Source: a virus
Lineage: Duplodnaviria; Caudoviricetes
IMG/VR virus record: IMGVR_UViG_2895847146_000001
Location: 1 to 64,000 of that record
Reading direction: 5' to 3' (one strand)
Length of the DNA stretch: 64,000 nucleotides
Shown piece by piece: positions 9,595 to 20,197 of this stretch (positions are counted from its first letter, which is position 1; each line of letters starts with the position of its first letter). The position numbers and the translations under genes are program-made. The notes under the pieces are model-generated. The model was given only the letters and a program-made list of their open reading frames with translations, made no database searches and was not told the origin of the DNA.

Positions 9595-11100
9595 CTAGCG
9601 CTTTACAATACGGAAGCGGTCCTGGAAGTCGGCGCCGGTGTGCACCAAGTACAGACCGGTGGGCAACTCTGCTAGCGACACCTGGAATCCGGTGCCATGG
9701 AGCAGCACCCGCCCTGCTAGGTCGCTCACACGGTAGGCACCACGGACGGGCAGTTGCAACATGTCGTCCGTTGGGTTCGGGAAAGGCGCGGGCCGCTTCG
9801 TGGCAACTGGCCGCGCGGCCAGGGTCGTGCAGGCCTGCCGAATGGCCGCCTCCGAACAACCGGTCGCGTTACCGCTGATGTTGGCGCCGCCGCCGCGGAC
9901 CAAGTGCTGGCATAGCCAAGGCACGTTGCACCCCGTCAGGCTGCTGTTGTTGCGCAAATAGAGATAATTCAGCGTCGAATAGGTGGTAAACGTCAACCCC
10001 TGCGTGAGCGTGCGCAGCGCAGGGTTGTCGTCGATTGCGAGGTTTGTCGGGGCCGTGGCACCCGTGAAGCCGCTGATGCTGTCGAGCAAGACGTTTTGCG
10101 AGATACTTAGGTCCCGCGGCGGTGCGGCCATCGACCGAAAGCCGGTGATCTGTTCCAGGCCCGCGTTGTAGGTTATGGCGATAGACACGCCAAAGCGGCT
10201 GTTATTGAAGTTGGCAATCTCTTTCAAGCGCGGGTTGCGGCTGATGTTCACGAGCGAGACATCGCTGTTATCGAAGCCGGACAGGGTTTCCAAAACCGGG
10301 TTTTCCATGATGCCCACTTGCCCCGTAGCGACCAGTCCTCCATTAAAGCCTGAAATGGTGCGCAAGGCATCGTTTACGGTAATATTGACGGAACCAAGGC
10401 TGCGCAACGCGTTGAAGCCGACTATTGCCTGCAGCTGGGGATTACTTTGGACTTGAATATCTGCCGCGGCAGTGAGCGCGCCAAATGTCGAAATTCTATC
10501 CAGCAAGGGGTTGTTGGTGATGGTCAGCCGGCTCGTTAACGTGCGCAGGTTGTTAAAAGCATTGACGGAGCGCAGGGCGGAGTTTTGCGAAATGTAGACC
10601 TCCCCTGCGCTGGACAATAGTCCAAACCCGCGAATTTCTGTGAAAGACGTACCAGAGAAGGCCACACCGCCCGCGCTTACTAAGAAGGGGAAGTCGTCGA
10701 ACGTGCCCACTCCGCTTTGAATGTGCACCACTCCACCGACAGTGCCAATGTCATTGAGACCCGCCAAGCTGGCCAGCAGGTTCTTTTGAATAATTACGTC
10801 CCCTGTCACAGCAGTGATGTGTAGCAAGCCGCTCACGTCTGTAACACCTCCGTCCGGCGTGCCGTCGGCGTTGCGGTTGTAGCCCCGGATAAAGATGGAC
10901 TGAGCGGTGGAGCAGCGAGTTCCAGAGCCAAGGTAGTTGTTCAGCTCTTCCTGGGTGTTGAACCGAAGGGCGCAGGTTTGGCTTTGGGCGTGGGCCGATG
11001 AGGCCATTGCCAAGGCCAGCAGTAGCACAGGCAGCCAACTAAGGAGCCAGAGCAGACGGCGGGAGATAGAAGGGGGCGTGAAAGTGGAGCAGTAGGGCAT
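9595..11100 (-). CDS. T9SS-secreted leucine-rich/receptor-L-like repeat protein (moron)
   Basis: Signal peptide, repeated I..NP.L..I..F..L units, C-terminal PFPNPT...GLYLV type-A sorting domain. Confidence 0.85.
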   Translation of the reverse strand: MPYCSTFTPPSISRRLLWLLSWLPVLLLALAMASSAHAQSQTCALRFNTQEELNNYLGSGTRCSTAQSIFIRGYNRNADGTPDGGVTDVSGLLHITAVTGDVIIQKNLLASLAGLNDIGTVGGVVHIQSGVGTFDDFPFLVSAGGVAFSGTSFTEIRGFGLLSSAGEVYISQNSALRSVNAFNNLRTLTSRLTITNNPLLDRISTFGALTAAADIQVQSNPQLQAIVGFNALRSLGSVNITVNDALRTISGFNGGLVATGQVGIMENPVLETLSGFDNSDVSLVNISRNPRLKEIANFNNSRFGVSIAITYNAGLEQITGFRSMAAPPRDLSISQNVLLDSISGFTGATAPTNLAIDDNPALRTLTQGLTFTTYSTLNYLYLRNNSSLTGCNVPWLCQHLVRGGGANISGNATGCSEAAIRQACTTLAARPVATKRPAPFPNPTDDMLQLPVRGAYRVSDLAGRVLLHGTGFQVSLAELPTGLYLVHTGADFQDRFRIVKR

Positions 11101-11332
11101 GAAATCGATAAGAAACTTGATAACCAACGGGTTATCTGACGGCCTGGAAGCTCCAAAGCTACGCGTAGTTCGGGCCCTTTCCCATACCCAGTTTTGGGTA
11201 TTTTGCTACTTTCCCAATTACCTGCGTCAGAATAGTGTCTAAGCGTTCAGGGTAACGGTGGTTTAGGTTCGCAGCCACTCTGCAACGGCTAGAAGGTGAC
11301 GAAGGAAGCCTTTTTGCCTTCTTCCCAAACTG

Positions 11333-11412
11333 CGCGACGTTTTACCCCACCTCCGCGACGTTTCGGTCTATGGACGTTTTGTACCCACTCGGGATGGTTG
11401 GAGTTTCGTGGT
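11333..11412 (+). promoter_or_regulatory. Putative late promoter 1 (paired CGCGACG boxes, GAGTTTCG -7-like box)
   Basis: Identical geometry at 20118 and 25423. Confidence 0.7.
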
Positions 11413-12219
11413 ATGTCCACCTCCGCCGAGAAAACCGCCTTCCAGAAATTGACGCCGAAGCAGAAAGCTTTCGTCAATGCTATCTGTGCGGACCCCAATA
11501 TTTCGGCCACGGCAGCTGCGCTGAAGGCGGGTTACACGGGCACCGGCGTTCGGGTGGAGGCCCACCGCTTGCTAACAAATGCTAACATCCGCAAAGCCTT
11601 CGGTGAGAAGCTGAAGGATGTAGGGCCCAGCACCGAGGAAATTGCCCACCGTTGGGATCGGGTGAGTCGGGCCAGCCTCGACGACTTTTACACGCTGAAG
11701 CTGGTGGAGGTCGAAAACAAAGTCCCGCAGCATCTGTCGCTGGCCATCGAGCAGGAGCAGGAGGCCATTGCCTACGAACGGGCGTATGCGCCCCGGGCTG
11801 CGCAGGTGCTAGGGTACCAGGGAGAAGAGTTGTCACAATACATGGACAAATCCGAAGGCAAAGTCCGTCGGATGCAGCTGCGTATTCTGGAGTGGGAAAT
11901 GGCCTTGGAGCGCAATCCCGAGGCGACTCGTTTGGTTGACGGGCCACAGAAGTTTGAGGAGCGGCTGGAGCTGGACTTAGTGAAGGCTCAAAAGCTGGGC
12001 GTGCTGGACCTGGCGAAATCCATCAAGGAAACTACCAACGGCACCGGCCTGGAAATGCGTGATGTGGATGGTGCACTGGACAAGCTGGCCCGCATCAAAG
12101 GAGCCTACGAGAAGGACAATGAGCAGAGCCGTGCGGTAGCGGTCATCAACACCAAGACGGAAATCATCAACACCGGCCCGCCCATTGCGCGCTCGGAAAA
12201 GGACATTGATGATGTTTAA
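11413..12219 (+). CDS. terS: Terminase small subunit
   Basis: LTPKQKAFV...SATAAALKAGY...AHRLL.N..I; upstream of the large subunit. Confidence 0.85.
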   Translation: MSTSAEKTAFQKLTPKQKAFVNAICADPNISATAAALKAGYTGTGVRVEAHRLLTNANIRKAFGEKLKDVGPSTEEIAHRWDRVSRASLDDFYTLKLVEVENKVPQHLSLAIEQEQEAIAYERAYAPRAAQVLGYQGEELSQYMDKSEGKVRRMQLRILEWEMALERNPEATRLVDGPQKFEERLELDLVKAQKLGVLDLAKSIKETTNGTGLEMRDVDGALDKLARIKGAYEKDNEQSRAVAVINTKTEIINTGPPIARSEKDIDDV

Positions 12220-13414
12220 GTCCGGCCAGCTTTTCGTGGAGAACTACAACAGCAGCGCCGAAACGCTGGTGAATCAGGGCGGCACGTCGTCGGGCAAGAC
12301 GTACGCCATTCTGCAGGTCCTGTTTCAGAAGCTCTCCGAGCGGCGCCGCAAAGTGTGCACCGTCGTCGGGCAGGACATTCCTAACCTCAAGGCCGGCGCG
12401 CTGCGGGATGCCCTGGACATCTACAACAACACCCCTGAGCTGCAGAGCCTGATCAAGTCCTACAATAAGTCGGAGCGCATCTTCGAATTCCATAACGGGT
12501 GCGTGATGGAGTTCAAGAGCTACACGGACGCCCAGGATGCCAAGAGTGGTAAGCGGGACTTCCTCTTCGTCAACGAAGCCCAAGGCGTCATCAAGCCCAT
12601 TTTTGACGAGTTGGAGCTGCGCACGAAGGAGCAGGCCTTTATTGACTACAACCCCAACGCCGAGTTCTGGGTGCATGAGGAAATCATCGGGCGGTCGGGC
12701 GTCGAGCTGCTGATCAGTGACCACCGGCAGAACCCGTTCCTGCTGGAGAAGCAACGGGCCAAGATTGAGGGCCTCAAGGAGAAGGATCTGGAACTGTGGC
12801 GCGTGTACGCCCGGGGCAAGACAGGCAAGATCGAGGGCCTGGTGCTGCGCAACTGGAGCCTGTGCAATTACGAGGACATCCCGGCCGGGGCCCGCTTCTT
12901 GGGCCGCGGCATTGACTTTGGCTTCACCAATGACCCGACCACGGCCATCGACGTGTACCTGTCCGGTGGCGAGCTGTGGGTAGATGAAGTGCTCTACGAG
13001 GAAGGCCTGACCAATCCGGATATCCACCGGCGCCTGCTGGCCGAAGACCCAGCGGCCACGCTGAAAGTGACCATTGCCGACTCGGCCGAGCCCAAGAGCA
13101 TCGAGGAGCTACGGCGCCTGGGCTTCTCGAAAATTGAAGGGGCCGTGAAGGGCGCCGATTCGGTGAGCAACGGCCTTGATATCCTGAAGCGCTACCACCT
13201 CAACGTCACCCGCCGCAGCACCCACCTGCGCAAGGAGCTCAGCAACTACAAATGGCGAGTAGACCGCACCACGGGCAAAGCCACCAATGAGCCCGTCGAC
13301 GCTTTCAACCACTGCATTGACCCGCTGCGCTACGTGGTCCTGAATGTCCTGGGCAAGCCCCGGGCGGCGCCCATCACGCACTTCCAATCCTTCGGCACAA
13401 CCCGCCGCCGTTAA
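12209..13414 (+). CDS. terL: Terminase large subunit (PBSX-like)
   Basis: QGGTSSGKT, FVNEA, DYNP, GIDFGFTNDPT, ADSAEPKSI, DAFNHCID..RY. Confidence 0.95.
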   Translation: MMFKSGQLFVENYNSSAETLVNQGGTSSGKTYAILQVLFQKLSERRRKVCTVVGQDIPNLKAGALRDALDIYNNTPELQSLIKSYNKSERIFEFHNGCVMEFKSYTDAQDAKSGKRDFLFVNEAQGVIKPIFDELELRTKEQAFIDYNPNAEFWVHEEIIGRSGVELLISDHRQNPFLLEKQRAKIEGLKEKDLELWRVYARGKTGKIEGLVLRNWSLCNYEDIPAGARFLGRGIDFGFTNDPTTAIDVYLSGGELWVDEVLYEEGLTNPDIHRRLLAEDPAATLKVTIADSAEPKSIEELRRLGFSKIEGAVKGADSVSNGLDILKRYHLNVTRRSTHLRKELSNYKWRVDRTTGKATNEPVDAFNHCIDPLRYVVLNVLGKPRAAPITHFQSFGTTRRR

Positions 13415-13418
13415 GCCT

Positions 13419-14182
13419 ATGCTCGCACTACACACCTTGCCCACTGAGTGGGGCGCTGTTACCCTAAGCCAAGCCGCCGGCCTGGCTGCCCTCGGTGAGG
13501 GTGCCACCATCCAGGATTGCCTCTCGGTGCTGGCGGGCTCCTCCCCTGCGGATCTGCTCACCACTGCACCTAAGCAGCTGAGCCGGGCCCTGGCGTCTGT
13601 TTTGTTCCTCTCCGAGCCGATGCCCACCCGTGAAGCCTGGGTGCGGCCAACTGAGTTGCTGCTGGGCGAAGTGGAGGTGCCTGTACTCGACACGTTGGAA
13701 GATCTGAGCTTTGGTCAGGCCGCCGATATCGGAGCAGCCATTCAGGAACTGGGCCAGGACGTACCCGCCCTGCGCTTGCGGGTGCTGGCTACCATCCTGC
13801 AGCCCGCCTACCATGGTACGGGCTACGATACGGACAAGGTGGCTGAGGTAGAGATTCTCTGCGGCCAGGTACCCTTGCGGGAGGCGCTGCCGCTCACGGA
13901 TTTTTTTTTGCCGAGTTCGACCGCATCCGACGCGCCCACGCCGCCCAGCTCAAACGCATCCCCCTCAGCCAGGCCGAGCGAGCGGCCAACATCGGGCAGT
14001 TCAGCCAGGAGTGGGATACGCTGGCCGTCGTGGATGCGCTGGCCGGCGGCGACAAGACCCGCTGGAACTACTTCTACCAGCTGAGCTGGGCCGAGGTCAA
14101 CACCATGATCGAGCTGGAAAACCACAAAGCCTACTACCGCCACCAAGTGCACTTGCAGCAGGAGCGGCAACAGAAACGATAA
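13419..14182 (+). CDS. Probable tail assembly chaperone G/GT with -1 programmed frameshift
   Basis: Frame 0 from ATG 13419 (stop 14084); T9 run 13901-13909 opens a well-formed -1 frame ending 14182, just before the next ATG. Confidence 0.7.
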
Positions 14183-14183
14183 A

Positions 14184-14624
14184 ATGCAGTACCCCATCCC
14201 AACCCTGCGTGCCTGCGCCGAGCAGGCCATTCCCGGCTGCCATTTCGCCCATGGCGAGCAGGAGGAGCAGAACATCGTTGTCGACCAGCTCACGCCCACG
14301 GAGCGCGTGGTGCTGGTGGAGGATAAGATGCTGGTCACGCCTGCTGTCAACAAGTTCGGACAGCGCACCACGGTCACGTTTCAGGCTACCGTCAGTGTGT
14401 TTGCCTACTCGAAGCTCACCGATGATGCACATACGCGCCTGCCGCGCATGGACGAGCTGCTCACGGATGCCTTTGCCCTGCTGGCCGCTCTGGAGAAGCA
14501 CCCAGCCCTGTCGAAGGTGGTGGCCCGCAACATCGTCAGCAGCTACAACGCCTTCGACGCCAACCTGGATGGCGTGGTGATGCAGCTCGACCTCACGCCC
14601 GCCGAGCGGGCCAGCCGCTGCTAA
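14184..14624 (+). CDS. Putative tail completion/terminator protein
   Basis: 146 aa, size and position in the morphogenesis operon. Confidence 0.5.
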   Translation: MQYPIPTLRACAEQAIPGCHFAHGEQEEQNIVVDQLTPTERVVLVEDKMLVTPAVNKFGQRTTVTFQATVSVFAYSKLTDDAHTRLPRMDELLTDAFALLAALEKHPALSKVVARNIVSSYNAFDANLDGVVMQLDLTPAERASRC

Positions 14625-14627
14625 GGG

Positions 14628-15104
14628 ATGAATCTGGCCCAGCTGCTCCATACCGAAATCAACCGCACCCAGCAGGAGCTGGGCCAGGCCATTACGTCCA
14701 AGGGTCAGCGGGCGACGGGGCGCACGATTGCCGCCCTACGCCATGAGTCCGCGCCCGAGCTGGCCCGGCTCTACGGTCCCTCCCACATCGGGGCGCTGGA
14801 GGAGGGCAGCGGGCCGGCGGCCGACCCCAAGGCCAAGCCCGGCCGGGCCATGGTGGCCGACATCACCGCCTGGCTGCAGGCCCGCGGCTCGGACGCCAAC
14901 CCCTGGGCCGTGGCCACTACCATTCTGCGCCGCGGTACCCGCCTGTCTCGCGGGGAGGATCCACGCTTCGGCAAGCCTACGGGCACACTGCGCGACGTGC
15001 TGGCCGCCAGCAAGGACCGGCTACGGCTGGCCCTGGGCGGGGAAGTGCGCCGCTCTATTCGCTCGGAGGTGCTTTCCGGCTTCACCTCTTCTACTGCCTA
15101 CTAA
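14628..15104 (+). CDS. Putative virion morphogenesis protein
   Basis: ATGRT..AL, LEEGSGP, I.AW...RG, GT motifs typical of neck/HK97-gp10-like proteins. Confidence 0.5.
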   Translation: MNLAQLLHTEINRTQQELGQAITSKGQRATGRTIAALRHESAPELARLYGPSHIGALEEGSGPAADPKAKPGRAMVADITAWLQARGSDANPWAVATTILRRGTRLSRGEDPRFGKPTGTLRDVLAASKDRLRLALGGEVRRSIRSEVLSGFTSSTAY

Positions 15105-15109
15105 GAACC

Positions 15110-17026
15110 ATGCTCTATCTCTTTGGCCTGCGCTGGGAAGCCTACAACACGGAACGCTCGGTCTACTATGATGCGGGCCCGCCGCGGCGCATCACGTTCG
15201 TAGATGCCAAGATTGACCCTGACCGGCCCCGCCTCACCCCTTCCGGGCCGCCGGATGGTGGCTACAACGTTGCTCCGGGAGCTGTGGTGCTGGAACAGTT
15301 CTGCGAGGAAACCACCGGCATTGCCATCTATGCGCAGAACGCGGCCCCGCATGCCTACCTGATCGTTGATGCGACGGCCACTGCCTGCGCAGCACCCAGC
15401 GCTGACACCCTGGAGGTAAGCAAGATGGTCAACGGGGCTGCCGTTACTTTCTCCTTTACCACCGATAACCCGCCGGTTCGGTATTCGCCCAATGATATCA
15501 ACTACGGCGACCCGATTACCAGCCCCTACACACTGAGCTACCCCAACGGCAGCCGCATGGTGTACTTTAAGGACGCGGCCAATTCCCGGCGGGAAATCAG
15601 CTTTATCATCAACGTCGATACCGGGGGCGGCGGTGGTGAACCCGTTGACCCGCGCCCGGGGGAGAAGCTCTTCGACTTCGAAGCCGCTGACGGAGGCCTG
15701 TACGACGTGTACTATGAAGCCGGCAGCCCGCGCAAAATTATGCACTACTACAACGGAGGTGGTGCGGTCAATAAGCCAGTAGTAACAGCCGAGGAGCTAG
15801 GCTTCGAGGATGGAGAAGAGATTACCTTCGTCTGCGAGGCGAACAACACCAAGGTGCTGTTTCGGGCCTCACTGGACAAGCCGTTTGCCACCTTCACCGC
15901 CGAGGCCAACAGCGTCGAATGCGGTTACGTCGACTGCTCGCTCTCCGTGTCGGGCCTGCAGGTCTACCAGCCTACTCAAACCGGCGACCTGGGTGGGCTG
16001 CGGGTTATCATTTCCACTGAGGCGATCAGCTTCACGGTCTCGATAACGCAGCTTGCGGATAACACAACCGAGTTTCTGACCGGGGCCTTTACCCCCGGGC
16101 CGTTTCAGCTCTACAACCTCAAGTCCGGCGCGTATCGGCTCAACGTGACGGATGCCAACGGATGCCAGGCCTCCGTGGACTACACCATCACGGCTTTTGT
16201 ACCGCCGGTGGAAGATCCAGATCCGCTGCCGGCAACCCGCTGGCACGCTGTGGGGGGCTTACTGCCCCGCCCGGCCTTGCTGGCCACGCCCGTTACGAGC
16301 CTGACCGACACGAATAACGAGGCCCGCTTTGGCCTGCATGTAGAGGTAGAGCTGACCCGCGAGGGAGATGAGCAGCCCTTTGCACGCCTGCGCAAGACAG
16401 CCCGGCAACTGACGGAAGTAGTGGATGTCTCAACGCTACTGCATGCCCAGCTACGGCCCGAGCTAGCCTACCCCCAGGGCATTGTCACGCCCGACCGGGC
16501 CGCCTTTCTGGATTTCCGCTACCGCTACCGGGAGGTAGATGCGCTTGGGGTTGCCGACTGGGTAGCACCGCCAGGCCTGCAGCGGGCTGCGCTGTGTGCG
16601 CTTCCCATTGGGCCTTTCGATGAGAACAACCCCAACCTGTATGTGGCCTCTGCGCAGGATCCGGCCTACTTGGTGATGGCCTTCCCCTCGGGGCAAGCAG
16701 TGCAATGGGTGGGCCTACCACAGGAGGTGACCGTGTGGCTGCCGGATGCGCGCGAAGCGGACCTGTTTGCCGAGTTCGTGTACCGGGATGCCGCCGGGGC
16801 CGAATTGGAAATCAAAACGCTGGTCGTGGCCCGCCAGCTACCCGCCGGCGTCACCCGCATTCCCTTGCCCGCAAACGTGCTGCCTTGTGCCGCTACCGTC
16901 ACCTTCCGGCTCACGGATACCGACCGCGCCTACGCAGGCAGCTGTGTGGAAGCCGGCCCCGTGGATCCACCCGCCACCGCGCACGACTTCAATATTTCTG
17001 ATCTCTCTGATAACGATTTCCGCTAA
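15110..17026 (+). CDS. Minor tail/structural protein with SprB-like repeat
   Basis: NLKSGAYRLNVTDANGC repeat-like segment; in the tail cluster. Confidence 0.6.
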   Translation: MLYLFGLRWEAYNTERSVYYDAGPPRRITFVDAKIDPDRPRLTPSGPPDGGYNVAPGAVVLEQFCEETTGIAIYAQNAAPHAYLIVDATATACAAPSADTLEVSKMVNGAAVTFSFTTDNPPVRYSPNDINYGDPITSPYTLSYPNGSRMVYFKDAANSRREISFIINVDTGGGGGEPVDPRPGEKLFDFEAADGGLYDVYYEAGSPRKIMHYYNGGGAVNKPVVTAEELGFEDGEEITFVCEANNTKVLFRASLDKPFATFTAEANSVECGYVDCSLSVSGLQVYQPTQTGDLGGLRVIISTEAISFTVSITQLADNTTEFLTGAFTPGPFQLYNLKSGAYRLNVTDANGCQASVDYTITAFVPPVEDPDPLPATRWHAVGGLLPRPALLATPVTSLTDTNNEARFGLHVEVELTREGDEQPFARLRKTARQLTEVVDVSTLLHAQLRPELAYPQGIVTPDRAAFLDFRYRYREVDALGVADWVAPPGLQRAALCALPIGPFDENNPNLYVASAQDPAYLVMAFPSGQAVQWVGLPQEVTVWLPDAREADLFAEFVYRDAAGAELEIKTLVVARQLPAGVTRIPLPANVLPCAATVTFRLTDTDRAYAGSCVEAGPVDPPATAHDFNISDLSDNDFR

Positions 17027-20000
17027 TGGACCAAACTCTGGAAATAAAAACGGCCGCCCAGATTCAGGCCGAACTAGTGCAGCTCAGCCTCGACCTAGGC
17101 AACACCCTCCAGCCCGGGGCCAATGTCGGCGGCCCGGTGCTGGGCGCCCTGCTCACCCGTCAGGCTGTCCTGGTGGCCGACCTGTGCACGCTGCAGGTGT
17201 CGCAGGCCGCGGCCCTGCGCTATGGTTCTGGGGTGCCGCTCAATACGCTGGGCGTCAATAACGACCTGTACCGCAACACGCTGACCGGAGACGAGTATCA
17301 GAAAGTGAACGGAGCCTACGTCCTACGCTTGAACCTGAAGGGCCAGCCTGGGTATACCCCCGTTAAAAACCGGGACTACTTCGATGGGAAAGATGGGAAG
17401 GATGGCGTTGTCACCTTCCTGGAAACCTACGCCCCCGAAAATGAGCTGGGCAGCGAGGGCAACCTGTGGATTTACGTCAACACCACGGATAAAACAGCCA
17501 CCCATTACAAGAAAGTAAGGGGAAAATGGCGCCTGATTGGGGCGGCCATCGGTGGCGGCCTCGGGACAGCACCCACCAACCAGAATCCGGTGGTTGCTAT
17601 TTCTACACCTGTCGCCGGCGCCACGGCCACGGCGGGCACGCTGCTGAACCTGGTGGCCGTGGCCACCGATGACGTGTCGGTGAGCAGTGTGGACTTTCTC
17701 AACGCCGGCGGCGTGGTGCTGGCCCCCGGCACGAAAAACGGCAACCAGTACACGGCCACTATCACGGTACCGAATACGCCGGGCACCTTTGGTATTACAG
17801 CCAAGGCAACAGATGGGGCCGGTCTGACTAATACGGCTACGGTCAACATTACCATTCAGGCCGCTACGCCGGCCAACACCGCGCCGGTGGTGAGTATCAG
17901 CTCGCCGGCTGCAGGGGCCACCGTTACGGCCGGTACCTCACTGCCTCTGTCGGCCACGGCCACCGATGATGTGTCCGTAAGCAGCGTAGAATTCTATAAC
18001 GCGGCGGGGGCTTTGCTGGCGCCTGGTGTCAAAAACGGCAACCAGTACACGGCCAGCATCACCGTGCCCAATACGCCCGGCGCATTCATCATCACGGCCA
18101 AGGCCCTCGACGGGGCTGGCCTGACCAACACGGCCGCCGTGAGCATCACGATTCAGGCCGCCGTAGCCACGGCGCTACCGGCCCCGCAAAACGTACAGGC
18201 TACAGCTATTAGCAGCTCGGCTATTTCGATAGCTTGGTCCCCTGTGCCCAACGCCACCGGCTATGCACTGGAGGCGGCCCTGACTGCCAATGGCAGTTAT
18301 ACCGAAATCTACCGCAATACCAGCACCAACTACACCCACGGCGGCCTGCCAGCCTCTTCGCCCCGCCACTACCGGGTAAAGGCCCTGGGCACCGGTGCAA
18401 ACGCGGATTCTCCCTACTCGGTAAAAGTTAACGCCACGACCCAGGCGGTGCCCTCGACCTATAACAAAACCATTCTGGCCCTGACCATCAGCCAGAGCAA
18501 TGGCAGCACGCTGGGACGGATGGACACGCGCCCGGCCGGGCAGTTCGAGACCGAGTACACAGCCATGCAAACGCCGCGCACTCGCGCTTTCCTCTTCAAT
18601 GAAACGACACAGGCAATTGAGCCCATCAGCCGCAGCAATGGCCGTTGCTATACCGCTTCGGAGGCGGAGCTAGCGCTGATTGGAGGTGCTGAACTACTGG
18701 CTATTGAGTTCGAGAAGCGGAGCACGGGCAAGCTGTTCTACAACAACCGTTGGAAAAACGGCAGCCCGATTACCGATTTCGCGAAAACGGCGCCTGATAC
18801 CTACTACTACAACAGTGCCGTGTCAGCGTCGATTGAAACCAAGGAGGCTTTCGTAGCGGCGGGTGGTCAACTGCTTCCAGAAAACATCAAGCTAGGTATC
18901 TGGCAGGGGGAAACCTGGGCTGACCTGGATAACTGGATTCCAACGGCAACGGAGTGGACGGACAACTTCACCGACGACGTGGGGCTGCCCGATGGCTGCG
19001 ACCTGATTGTAGTGTTGCCCAAAACGCAGACGGATTTCCACAACGTGGCCCAGGCCCGCGTGAACATCGCCCAGTTTGCTGCGACCTATACCCGCCACAA
19101 CGTGCTGGTATGGGATGCCGAGGGCATGAATCTGCAGGACGAGCCGGAAAAGCACCACTACGACTTCCCCAGCCACGTGCTGCGCGCGCAGCAGATGGTG
19201 GCCCTGTGGATGGGAGAAACCATCACCAAAACATGGGTATCTGAGCGGAAAACGGCCTCGTGTGGGGCGGGTACCACGGGCCCCGACGTGGTACGTCAGG
19301 CCTTCAGCACGGTGAACCTGGCTGACGCTAACACCAAGGCCCAGACCCTGGCCAACGCGGATCTGCAGTGCGAGGTGGTTGTGTCTGATGCCGACCCGGA
19401 TTATCCGTACCTGCACGTCCGTAAGCAGGAAATTACGGCCACGCAGGGTATCACGGTCACGAACACCAACACGATTACCGCTACCGGCTTTGTAGGTGGC
19501 AACGGGAGCACCCAGCCTCGCTTTGCCAAGCACCGCTACGGCTGGCGGGATAACACCCAGCACCCGATTATTGCCTATCAGCGCTTCAAGCTGGTGGACA
19601 TTGCTCAGCTCATTGGCCCCGAAACGGATGGCCAGTACGCCAACCAGGGAGTAAACCAGTTCCTGTATGGAGCGCGCTCCGGTACGCCCAACTACAGCAA
19701 CGATTTGGAGGATATCCACTTCGGTACTTATGTGAAGGTGAGCAGTTCAGCGGGCCAGGTCGATGTAGGCGCCAATATGTTCACGGTCAACAACAGCCCG
19801 GCCTTTGACCCGCGGGCCTTAGTGGGCAAGTACCTGCGCATTGTCTATGAGCAGACCCGCACCATCCTGCTCCTAGAGGGTGCCACCCGCGCCCAGGACG
19901 TGGTGTTGTCGGTGGAAAAATATCGGATGGAAACCGGCCCGAGCATTGTGATGACACCCACCATTGCTTGGCTGTGGCAGGGGTGCCGCATCGAGGATAT

Positions 20001-20046
20001 TTCCCTGGCGGCCGTGACGATTGTAGACTTTTCAGCTCCCGCATAG
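17026..20046 (+). CDS. Tail fibre/receptor-binding protein: 2 Ig-like repeats, FN3, SGNH acetylesterase-like domain
   Basis: Duplicated N..P.V.I..P..ATDDVSVSSV.F domain, FN3 (PAPQNV..WSPV..YRVKA), SQSN / WQGE / HHY motifs. Confidence 0.75.
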   Translation: MDQTLEIKTAAQIQAELVQLSLDLGNTLQPGANVGGPVLGALLTRQAVLVADLCTLQVSQAAALRYGSGVPLNTLGVNNDLYRNTLTGDEYQKVNGAYVLRLNLKGQPGYTPVKNRDYFDGKDGKDGVVTFLETYAPENELGSEGNLWIYVNTTDKTATHYKKVRGKWRLIGAAIGGGLGTAPTNQNPVVAISTPVAGATATAGTLLNLVAVATDDVSVSSVDFLNAGGVVLAPGTKNGNQYTATITVPNTPGTFGITAKATDGAGLTNTATVNITIQAATPANTAPVVSISSPAAGATVTAGTSLPLSATATDDVSVSSVEFYNAAGALLAPGVKNGNQYTASITVPNTPGAFIITAKALDGAGLTNTAAVSITIQAAVATALPAPQNVQATAISSSAISIAWSPVPNATGYALEAALTANGSYTEIYRNTSTNYTHGGLPASSPRHYRVKALGTGANADSPYSVKVNATTQAVPSTYNKTILALTISQSNGSTLGRMDTRPAGQFETEYTAMQTPRTRAFLFNETTQAIEPISRSNGRCYTASEAELALIGGAELLAIEFEKRSTGKLFYNNRWKNGSPITDFAKTAPDTYYYNSAVSASIETKEAFVAAGGQLLPENIKLGIWQGETWADLDNWIPTATEWTDNFTDDVGLPDGCDLIVVLPKTQTDFHNVAQARVNIAQFAATYTRHNVLVWDAEGMNLQDEPEKHHYDFPSHVLRAQQMVALWMGETITKTWVSERKTASCGAGTTGPDVVRQAFSTVNLADANTKAQTLANADLQCEVVVSDADPDYPYLHVRKQEITATQGITVTNTNTITATGFVGGNGSTQPRFAKHRYGWRDNTQHPIIAYQRFKLVDIAQLIGPETDGQYANQGVNQFLYGARSGTPNYSNDLEDIHFGTYVKVSSSAGQVDVGANMFTVNNSPAFDPRALVGKYLRIVYEQTRTILLLEGATRAQDVVLSVEKYRMETGPSIVMTPTIAWLWQGCRIEDISLAAVTIVDFSAPA

Positions 20047-20070
20047 CGCCAAATGTGCCCCTCTCAAATT

Positions 20071-20100
20071 AAGCCGCCAGTCCACCCTGGCGGCTTTTTT
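20071..20100 (+). terminator. Intrinsic terminator
   Basis: AAGCCGCCAG-loop-CTGGCGGCTTTTTT. Confidence 0.8.
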
Positions 20101-20117
20101 GGGTGCTCAGCAAGTTG

Positions 20118-20197
20118 CGCGACGGATTGGGCCAGCTCCGCGACGTTTCGGGCCCTGCGCATTTTGTCGGGTATCAAGATGGTGGGAGTTTCGTGGT
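20118..20197 (+). promoter_or_regulatory. Putative late promoter 2
   Basis: CGCGACG at 20118 and 20139; GGAGTTTCGTGGTATG identical to promoter 1. Confidence 0.7.

Noticed and set aside
11184-11201. ATACCCA-N4-TGGGTAT palindrome upstream of the T9SS gene
   Set aside because: Plausible host regulator site, but single-copy with no assignable factor
17575-18165. Tail-fibre duplication as a DGR template/variable repeat or shufflon
   Set aside because: Both copies are in-frame Ig-like domains with general divergence; no RT or invertase seen
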